Source: Bacteroidia bacterium (GTDB lineage Bacteria; Bacteroidota; Bacteroidia; Bacteroidales; GWA2-32-17). Taken from it: a stretch of 64,000 nt of DNA. Below the pieces are notes generated by a model. The model was not told where the DNA came from. It worked only from the letters and a program-made list of their open reading frames with translations, and did not search any database. The DNA lies in assembly GCA_016218155.1 (NCBI GenBank), contig JACREQ010000111.1, positions 31,035 through 95,034 of the forward strand, read 5' to 3'. Each line of letters starts with the position of its first letter. Position 1 is the first letter of the stretch. This document shows, in pieces, positions 8,562 through 15,911 of the stretch. Position numbers and translations under genes: made by a program.

Positions 8562-10001
8562 ATGAGAACCATTTGTTTTTATTTTCAGGTACACCAACCT
8601 TTCAGACTTCGCCGGTATCGCTTTTTCGATATTGGTAACGATCACCATTACTACGATGACTTTGCAAACCGTACCATTATGCGAAAAGTGGCAGATAAAT
8701 GTTATTTGCCAACAAATCAACTTATGTATGATCTGATTCAGGAATACGGAAACAGATTTCGTATTAGTTATTCCATTTCCGGAACAGCTCTTGACCAATT
8801 CGAAATGTACTGTCCTGAAGTTATTGAAAGTTTTAAAAGACTCGTTTCTACAGGTTGTGTTGAAATACTTGGAGAAACATATTCACATAGCCTTTCTGCT
8901 CTTCGTAACAAAGAAGAATTTGTAAGTCAGGTAACATTACACAGTAAAAAAATAGAAAGACTGTTTGGAGTAAAACCAACTTCATTTCGTAACACCGAGC
9001 TTATATACAGCGATGGAATTGGCGAAATGGCTGCCGAAATGGGTTTCAAGGCAATTTTAACAGAAGGTGCAAAACATGTTTTAGGTTGGAAATCACCTAA
9101 CTTTTTATATTGTAATGCCATTAATCCAAAACTAAAAGTTCTTTTAAAGAATTTCAGAATGAGTGATGATATTGCATTCCGCTTTTCAAATAAAGGCTGG
9201 AGTGAATGGCCCCTTACAACAGAGAAATATGTTAAATGGCTTAATGAAATAGACCCTAAACAGGAAATGGTTAATCTGTTTATGGATTACGAGACTTTTG
9301 GCGAACATCAATGGGCAGAGACAGGAATTTTTGAATTTATGAGACATTTGCCAAAGCAGGTTTTCTCAAATTCAAACTTTGAATTTATGACCCCTTCTGA
9401 AGTTGCAGATCATTTTGACCCTGTTTCAGCAATTCACGTTCCATACCCTATCTCTTGGGCTGATGAAGAAAGAGATTTAACTGCATGGCTAGGTAATGAA
9501 CTACAAGATGATGCTTTCGACAATCTTTATAATCTTGCAGACAGAATGAGGCTTGTAGATGATCCGGATCTTCTTCGTGATTGGCGATACCTGCAAACAA
9601 GTGACCATTTTTATTACCAGTGTACAAAGTGGTTTAGCGATGGTGACGTACATAAATATTTTAATCCTTACGATACACCTTACGAAGCCTTTATTAATTA
9701 CATGAATATTTTAAGTGATTTCGAAATTCGCTTAAACAAAATATCTGAACCAGCAGTTGTTTCTCCATTTGTTGAAAGAAAGAAAGTTGTTTCAATATTT
9801 AAACCTTCTACAATTATAAGACCTGGAACAGAACTGTTAATGCCAGAGATGGTTCAGGACCCAAAAAGAATTGCAAAAAAGAAAACAGTTAAAAAAGCTG
9901 CTGTTTCAAAAAAAGTAAAAGTAAAAACAAAAGTAAAAGCTGAAGCTAAACCAAAGTCTGCAACGAAGTCTAAAACTAAAAAGGCGGTTTCAAAAAAATA
10001 A
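8562..10001 (+). CDS. glycoside hydrolase family 57 (alpha-amylase-like) with a Lys-rich C-terminal tail
   Basis: 479 aa. GH57 conserved regions are visible: FQVHQPFR, VEILGETYSHS, FRNTELIY, MDYETFGEH. The last ~48 aa are K/A/V/S-rich. Confidence 0.85.
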   Translation: MRTICFYFQVHQPFRLRRYRFFDIGNDHHYYDDFANRTIMRKVADKCYLPTNQLMYDLIQEYGNRFRISYSISGTALDQFEMYCPEVIESFKRLVSTGCVEILGETYSHSLSALRNKEEFVSQVTLHSKKIERLFGVKPTSFRNTELIYSDGIGEMAAEMGFKAILTEGAKHVLGWKSPNFLYCNAINPKLKVLLKNFRMSDDIAFRFSNKGWSEWPLTTEKYVKWLNEIDPKQEMVNLFMDYETFGEHQWAETGIFEFMRHLPKQVFSNSNFEFMTPSEVADHFDPVSAIHVPYPISWADEERDLTAWLGNELQDDAFDNLYNLADRMRLVDDPDLLRDWRYLQTSDHFYYQCTKWFSDGDVHKYFNPYDTPYEAFINYMNILSDFEIRLNKISEPAVVSPFVERKKVVSIFKPSTIIRPGTELLMPEMVQDPKRIAKKKTVKKAAVSKKVKVKTKVKAEAKPKSATKSKTKKAVSKK

Positions 10002-10020
10002 ACTTAACTATATTATTATG

Positions 10021-10051
10021 CAGTCATGTCTTTCGGCATGACTGTTTTTTT
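10021..10051 (+). terminator. rho-independent terminator after the GH57 gene
   Basis: Stem cagtcatg/catgactg (8 bp, extendable), followed by T7. Confidence 0.7.
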
Positions 10052-10162
10052 ATATTAATAATATGTCTCTACAGAAATAAATAATGTTTAAGGCAGGATT
10101 ACAAATCTGAAAGAGCATGGGACAACAATTTCATAGTGTTTTATAAAATAATTTATATAGGA

Positions 10163-10190
10163 ATAGGGGTAAAATAATTCTCGATTGTCA
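10163..10190 (+). promoter_or_regulatory. candidate ECF-type promoter (ATAGGGG-N15-(A)TTGTC) upstream of the TonB-dependent receptor
   Basis: Both blocks recur with identical 15-nt spacing at 13208-13235, upstream of fecR. GGGG is rare in this AT-rich DNA. Confidence 0.4.
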
Positions 10191-10213
10191 TTTATATGAA
10201 AAGCAAAATATAA

Positions 10214-12577
10214 ATGGGTAATACAGAGAATATGAAAACAATTTCAAAAACATTAATTGCATTTATTTTAATAATATGTATTAATAATTTAATTGCACAA
10301 ACCATTACACAAACAATAAAAGGAAGAATTGTTGATAAAGAATCTCAAACACCTTTACCTGGCGCTACAATTGTAATCTTAAATACCGAGCCATTACTAG
10401 GTGGAATTACAAATGAGAATGGAAACTTTGTAATTAAAAATGTTCCGATAGGCAGATATAATATTAAATCTGTTTATCTCGGTTATGAACCGTCTATAGC
10501 CAGTGAAGTACTTGTTGGATCAGGTAAAGAAATTGTTATAAATTTTGAGTTAAGTGAAATTCTAAATAATTTAAATGAAGTTGTTGTAAAATCTAATAAA
10601 GGTGAAACCATGAATTCAATGGCTTCTGTAAGCGCACGACAACTTAGCGTAGAAGAAGCCAGCAGATATGCCGGTGGCTTTGATGATCCTGCCAGATTAG
10701 CTTCGTCATTTGCAGGCGTGAGCAGTAGCTTGGGAAATAATGGAATTGTTATCAGAGGAAATGCACCAAAAGGTTTATTGTGGCGAATGGAAGGAATTGA
10801 AATTTCTAATCCAACTCATTTTGCAAATATTCAGACTATAGGTGCAGGTGCAATAACAGCTTTAAGTAGTCAGATGTTAGCTAACTCCGATTTTTACACA
10901 GGTGCATTTCCTGCAGAATATGGTAATGCAACTTCTGGTGTTTTTGATATAAAATTAAAAACAGGCAACAATGATAAAAGGGAAAACACCGTGCAAATAG
11001 GCTTAATCGGAATTGACATCTCTTCTGAAGGTCCTTTTATAAAAGGTAAAAAAGCATCTTATATTTTTAATTACAGGTATTCTACATTAAATCTATTATC
11101 ACCCATTTTACCTAAAGAAATGGGAAAGTTAAAATATCAGGACCTATGTTTTAAGATGAATTTCCCAACCAAAAGTTTTGGAACATTTTCATTATGGGGT
11201 ATTGGCTATTTGGACTATCAGGCAAGAGAAGCATTAAAAGATTCGATGAAATGGGAATCTGATATGGATAAACAACAATTTAATATTGATCTTTTAATGA
11301 CAGCTGCAGGACTTAATAACAGAATTATTCTCGGAGAGAAAACATACTTAAATACTACAATTGCAATAACAGGAACAAGCCTTGGCATGAATCAGGATAG
11401 CTATACTGAAACAATGAATATGCTACCAACTAATAAAATAAATTATTTAACGCAAAAGCAAACAATATCAAGCTTTATTAACCATAAATTTAATGCTAAA
11501 CTTACAAATAAATCAGGCATTATTATTAACAAATTACAGTACAATTTTAATATTCAAAGCATTGATAACAATGAAACTGAATTGTCAACAAAAGTTAAAG
11601 AAAACGGAAAAAGTTATCAATTTCAAGCATATTCACAATCCAAGTATAATTTTACACAAAACCTAAATGTTGTTTTTGGCTTACACAGTCAGTTTTTTGC
11701 ATTAAACAAACATTATTCTTTTGAGCCAAGAACAAGTATTAGCTGGAATTTAGATGCTCGTCATACTTTAAGTTTATCTTATGGTTTACATAGCCAGATG
11801 GAAATGCTAAACTTTTATTTAGTACAACAAAGTACACAATACGGAATTAATGAGCCAAATAATAAACTTGATTTTTCAAAGGCACATCATTTTGTACTAT
11901 CATATGATTTCAAAATAAATGAGTTTTCGCACATAAAATTTGAACCATATTTTCAATATTTATTTAACGTACCTGTTATTCCCGATTCATATTACTCATT
12001 ACAGAATATGGAAGACGGTTTGTATTTTAACGACTCACTGGTAAACAAAGGTAAAGGACAAAACATTGGTTTAGATATAACATATGAAAGATTCTTAAAT
12101 CATGGCTATTATTACCTTGCAACAGCTTCAATATTCGACTCCAAATATATTGGTGGTGATGGCATAAAGCGAAACTCACGATTTAACAGAAATTATGTGT
12201 TTAATGTTTTAGGAGGAAAAGAGTGGAAAACCGGAAAGAATAAAAATAATATATTCAGCATTAATGGGAAATTCTGTTTAATGGGTGGAGAATGGTTAAA
12301 TCCACTAAATATTGAAGCTACTTATGATTCAAAATATATAGTTGAAGATGTTTCTAATGCATTTACAGAAAGAAAAAAGCCAGCTCAGGTACTTTCGTTT
12401 TCATTTAGCTATAGAATTAACAAGGCAAAACACGCAAGTATATGGTCGTTTAGCTACATGAATGTGTTAGGATATGCAGAATTCAGTGGTTATTACTTTG
12501 ATAAAATGAGTAACTCGATAAAAAAAGAAGTTGATAAATTAGTTATGCCAAGTATTAGTTATAAATTAGAATTTTAA
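10214..12577 (+). CDS. TonB-dependent receptor (CarboxypepD_reg-like N-domain, plug, beta-barrel; no STN domain)
   Basis: 787 aa. A signal peptide is followed by IKGRIVDKESQTPLPGATIVI (carboxypeptidase-regulatory-like), then plug-like IVIRGNAPKGLLWRMEGIEISNP, and a terminal ...SYKLEF barrel end. The real start may be the Met at 10232 (MKTISK...). Confidence 0.85.
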   Translation: MGNTENMKTISKTLIAFILIICINNLIAQTITQTIKGRIVDKESQTPLPGATIVILNTEPLLGGITNENGNFVIKNVPIGRYNIKSVYLGYEPSIASEVLVGSGKEIVINFELSEILNNLNEVVVKSNKGETMNSMASVSARQLSVEEASRYAGGFDDPARLASSFAGVSSSLGNNGIVIRGNAPKGLLWRMEGIEISNPTHFANIQTIGAGAITALSSQMLANSDFYTGAFPAEYGNATSGVFDIKLKTGNNDKRENTVQIGLIGIDISSEGPFIKGKKASYIFNYRYSTLNLLSPILPKEMGKLKYQDLCFKMNFPTKSFGTFSLWGIGYLDYQAREALKDSMKWESDMDKQQFNIDLLMTAAGLNNRIILGEKTYLNTTIAITGTSLGMNQDSYTETMNMLPTNKINYLTQKQTISSFINHKFNAKLTNKSGIIINKLQYNFNIQSIDNNETELSTKVKENGKSYQFQAYSQSKYNFTQNLNVVFGLHSQFFALNKHYSFEPRTSISWNLDARHTLSLSYGLHSQMEMLNFYLVQQSTQYGINEPNNKLDFSKAHHFVLSYDFKINEFSHIKFEPYFQYLFNVPVIPDSYYSLQNMEDGLYFNDSLVNKGKGQNIGLDITYERFLNHGYYYLATASIFDSKYIGGDGIKRNSRFNRNYVFNVLGGKEWKTGKNKNNIFSINGKFCLMGGEWLNPLNIEATYDSKYIVEDVSNAFTERKKPAQVLSFSFSYRINKAKHASIWSFSYMNVLGYAEFSGYYFDKMSNSIKKEVDKLVMPSISYKLEF

Positions 12578-12585
12578 AAAAATCA

Positions 12586-12593
12586 TACCTTTG
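12586..12593 (+). promoter_or_regulatory. candidate housekeeping -7 box (TACCTTTG) for the ECF sigma gene
   Basis: TAnnTTTG match 15 nt upstream of the TTG start at 12609. Confidence 0.3.
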
Positions 12594-12608
12594 TAATTCA
12601 TATTTTTT

Positions 12609-13208
12609 TTGATTTTGCAAATTACTGAAAACATTCTGATTGAGAAAATTAAGAATGGCGATAAAACTGCTTTTGAAAGTATTTTCAAATCGTATTATAA
12701 CCAATTGTGCTCCTATGCAAATAAATTCGTAAAAGATATTGATAATTGTGAGGAAATAGTTCAGGAAATCTTTTTCCAAATATGGCAAAATAAAAATAAA
12801 ATAGTAATTCAAACATCATTAAAATCATACCTTTTTAGATCAGTTCATAATAGTTGTTTAAATTATATTAAACATAAAAACATCGAGCAAAAGCATATAG
12901 AAAGCACTCTTTTTGAAAACAAAAATAGTTCGCAAGACTTTATAGATATTTTAGAATCAAATGAATTGCATGATAAAATAAGAATAACAATATATAAATT
13001 ACCACCAGAAAGAAAAAAAATATTTTTAATGATACGTTTTGAAAATTTAAAATATATTGAAGTTGCTGAAAAACTGAACATTTCGATAAAAACTGTAGAA
13101 AATCAAATGGGTAGTGCTTTAAAATTTATGCGTAATGAACTTAAAGAATACTTGCCAATGCTAATTCTACTTTCAATAAATTTTATTTATAATTTTTTAA
13201 AATCTTAA
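12609..13208 (+). CDS. ECF-subfamily RNA polymerase sigma-70 factor
   Basis: 199 aa. The region 2 block is GDKTAFESIF...EEIVQEIFFQIW. Region 4 carries an HTH (YIEVAEKLNISIKTVENQMGSALKFM). The start codon is TTG, and there is no in-frame ATG nearby. Confidence 0.85.
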   Translation: MILQITENILIEKIKNGDKTAFESIFKSYYNQLCSYANKFVKDIDNCEEIVQEIFFQIWQNKNKIVIQTSLKSYLFRSVHNSCLNYIKHKNIEQKHIESTLFENKNSSQDFIDILESNELHDKIRITIYKLPPERKKIFLMIRFENLKYIEVAEKLNISIKTVENQMGSALKFMRNELKEYLPMLILLSINFIYNFLKS

Positions 13209-13235
13209 TAGGGGAAAATGATTCAATAATTGTCT
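13208..13235 (+). promoter_or_regulatory. candidate ECF-type promoter (ATAGGGG-N15-ATTGTC) upstream of fecR
   Basis: Second copy of the two-block motif seen at 10163-10190. It lies in the 35-nt sigma-fecR spacer. Confidence 0.4.
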
Positions 13236-13243
13236 TATATAAA

Positions 13244-14251
13244 ATGAACAGTTTACCAGAAAATATTACACACGAACTCATTATTTCTTACTTAAAAAAA
13301 GAAACTACAAATGAGGAATCACTAGTAATAGAAGTGTGGCTTAATGCTTCTGTTGAAAACAAAGATTATTTTAATGATTTAAAAAATCTCTGGAGTGAAA
13401 CCGGAAAATTAAACCCTGCTCCAATTGAGGTTGACGTTGATACTGCATGGCAGAAATTATCCTCAAGAATTGAAAGCAAAGAAAACATTGCTATTTCTAG
13501 TAATAATCCATTTATTAAAACTTTATTAAAAGTAGCAGCAATAATTATCCCTGCTATAGCAATTATTTCATTTTATTTATTTTCAAATAAAGAATTAAAA
13601 CAAATTGATATTGTAACAACTAACAATAATATCCAAAAACAACTTTCTGATGGTAGCATAATTAATATAAATTCACATTCAAAATTAACTTACCCGGAGA
13701 AATTTGATAGCAAGCTGCGTGAAGTGAACCTTAGCGGTGAAGCCTTTTTTGAAATTTCACCAAACAAAGAAAAACCATTTATTATTCATTATAAAGACGC
13801 CAACGTAAAAGTTGTTGGAACATCGTTCAATGTAAATACCAACAATAATAAAGTAGAAGTGTTTGTTAAAACAGGAAAGGTTTTATTGTTTTGTGTTTCT
13901 TCAAACTCAAACGACACAAATTTAGTTACTTTAGTTGCCGGGGACAATGGAATCCTTGACCTAACAACAAAAAAAGCTTATAAAGAAGACTCTCCAAATG
14001 AAAATGATATTTTCTGGTATACAAAAACATTATTTTTTGACAAAGCTGAATTATCAGAGGTTATTGAAATATTACAAAAAAGCTATAATGTAAATATTGT
14101 ATTAAAAAATAAAGAGTTAAATAAACTTCGTTTATCTACAACTTTTAAAGATCAAAACATAGAATCTATACTTGATATTATCTCTGCTTCATTTAATTTA
14201 AAAGTTTCAAAAAATAATTCCACATACGAGATTGATGGAGAAAGTAATTAA
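13244..14251 (+). CDS. FecR-family anti-sigma factor
   Basis: 335 aa. It has an N-terminal cytoplasmic part, a single TM segment (AAIIIPAIAIISFYLF), the FecR block LSGEAFFEISPNKEKPFIIH...VKVVGTSFNV, and a C-terminal DUF4974-like part. Confidence 0.85.
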   Translation: MNSLPENITHELIISYLKKETTNEESLVIEVWLNASVENKDYFNDLKNLWSETGKLNPAPIEVDVDTAWQKLSSRIESKENIAISSNNPFIKTLLKVAAIIIPAIAIISFYLFSNKELKQIDIVTTNNNIQKQLSDGSIININSHSKLTYPEKFDSKLREVNLSGEAFFEISPNKEKPFIIHYKDANVKVVGTSFNVNTNNNKVEVFVKTGKVLLFCVSSNSNDTNLVTLVAGDNGILDLTTKKAYKEDSPNENDIFWYTKTLFFDKAELSEVIEILQKSYNVNIVLKNKELNKLRLSTTFKDQNIESILDIISASFNLKVSKNNSTYEIDGESN

Positions 14252-15854
14252 ACATTTTATTGTTTTTGGCATTTATATATTGATACTTTTTTTTGTGTCG
14301 GAAACTATTTTTGCTCAAACAAATCCATTAGATAAAAAGATTAGCCTTATTATCAAAAATGAAACTGTCGAGAAAACACTTAATAACATTAGTAAAAACA
14401 CTGGCATAATTTTTTCATACAATTCGGATATTATTCCACTAGATTCAATTATATCAATTACTTTAAAAAATAAAACCATTTCAAAATCTTTAAATAGCCT
14501 TTTAGGGAATAATTATTTTTTTAAAAGTTTAGGAAACCATATTATAATATTAAAAAAAAACAACTTAAGAAATTTTACAACGTGCACAATAAATGGTTTT
14601 ATTATAAATTCACTTACCGGTGACAAAATTCCGAATGCAACAATTTATGATTTAAATAAAAACTTTTCTGCATTAAGCGATTCCAATGGCTACTACAAAA
14701 TCTCTTTTCCCCCTGAAACCGAAACAATCGGATTAGGGTTCTGTAAAAATAATTTTAACGATACAGTAATCTTTATTAAATCAACTCTCGCTTTAACCAT
14801 AAATGTATCGCTAAAACCAGATTTAAGGGAGAATAATAACATTGAAAAACTTCAGCCAAAATTACCTTCCACAATTTTTATATTAAATATTAACGATTAT
14901 CGTATTGTAAAACGATTTGTAAAAAACGAAATGCTTTTACACGCTAAAAATTTAAATATCTACGAAAAAAGATTCGGACAATTTTCTATCCTTCCGTATA
15001 TTGGAACTAATAGAAGAATAAGTGGTGCAATAGTAAATCGTATTTCTTTTAATGCAATTGCAGGCTATTCAAACGGAGTAAATGGTGTTGAATTAGGAAC
15101 GTTGTTAAATATTTCAAAAAATGATGTTAAAGGATTTCAGATTTCCGGATTTGGAAATATTACAGGAGGAAATACTAATGGAGTTCAAATGGCGGGTGTA
15201 TTCAACCGCAACATAGGAAATGTCGGTGGTATTCAATTCTCCTGTTTTAGTAACATTATTCTAGATACACTTAAAGGAGTTCAGATAGGCTCTGTGAATT
15301 TTGTAAAAATAAATAAAGGGTTTCAATTTGGAATTATTAATATTGCAGACAGTTCCTCGGGTGTTTCCATCGGCTTTATGACTGTTGTTAAGAAGGGTTA
15401 TTATAATCTAAGTGTCTTTACAGATGAACTTTTAATGCCAAATATTGCTTTCAGAATTGGAACACATAAGTTTTATAATATCTGGGGGCTTTCAGCAAGT
15501 AAAGAAATGTGGGGCTTAACATATGGTTTCGGGTTTTATAGAAAACCAGAAAAGAAGTTTAGTTTAAATTATGATTTTAGCCTTACTCAAATGAGTTATA
15601 AAAAAGCTTTTGAGATTCAATTCTGCATGAAAACAAAGCTTCAGGCTGATTTAAATATAAGAGTTAATAAAAAACTTGACATGTTTGCAGGTATCTCCTA
15701 TAATATATTTGCATCAGACAAAATAATTGATTTAGAATTACAAAATCATATTACAAATATTACCAATTCTTATATTTCTACAACAACATTTAAAAGTGTA
15801 AGGTTGCAACACTGGCCAGGAATCTCATTGGGATTAAAATACCGTTTAAGCTAG
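14235..15854 (+). CDS. STN-domain plus CarboxypepD_reg-like domain protein with a repeat region and beta-rich C-terminus (not a full TonB-dependent receptor)
   Basis: About 539 aa. A signal/anchor is followed by an STN-like block (ISLIIKNETVEKTLNNISKNTGIIFSYNSD...ITLKNKTISKSLNSLL). Next comes TINGFIINSLTGDKIPNATIYD (CarboxypepD_reg-like), then about 8 V-x-G-x-Q-x-(A/S)-G-x-x-N repeats. It ends WPGISLGLKYRLS. I chose the ATG at 14235 over the TTG at 14232. The gene overlaps the fecR stop. Confidence 0.7.
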   Translation: MEKVIKHFIVFGIYILILFFVSETIFAQTNPLDKKISLIIKNETVEKTLNNISKNTGIIFSYNSDIIPLDSIISITLKNKTISKSLNSLLGNNYFFKSLGNHIIILKKNNLRNFTTCTINGFIINSLTGDKIPNATIYDLNKNFSALSDSNGYYKISFPPETETIGLGFCKNNFNDTVIFIKSTLALTINVSLKPDLRENNNIEKLQPKLPSTIFILNINDYRIVKRFVKNEMLLHAKNLNIYEKRFGQFSILPYIGTNRRISGAIVNRISFNAIAGYSNGVNGVELGTLLNISKNDVKGFQISGFGNITGGNTNGVQMAGVFNRNIGNVGGIQFSCFSNIILDTLKGVQIGSVNFVKINKGFQFGIINIADSSSGVSIGFMTVVKKGYYNLSVFTDELLMPNIAFRIGTHKFYNIWGLSASKEMWGLTYGFGFYRKPEKKFSLNYDFSLTQMSYKKAFEIQFCMKTKLQADLNIRVNKKLDMFAGISYNIFASDKIIDLELQNHITNITNSYISTTTFKSVRLQHWPGISLGLKYRLS

Positions 15855-15861
15855 CCGGAAA

Positions 15862-15891
15862 ATAAAAAAGTCATGCCTTGCGACATGACTT
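15862..15891 (-). terminator. terminator between convergent genes (strong for infB, weaker for the + strand gene)
   Basis: Stem agtcatg/catgact. On the minus strand it is followed by TTTTTTATTTT. Confidence 0.65.
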
Positions 15892-15911
15892 AATATATTT
15901 ATTGTAATTTG

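Noticed and set aside
10052-10213. Possible riboswitch (for example cobalamin) in the 160-nt region upstream of the TonB-dependent receptor
   Set aside because: I could find no B12-box-like GCCACTG core or other recognisable riboswitch core and no convincing multi-helix fold. The region is better explained by the bipartite promoter-like motif.
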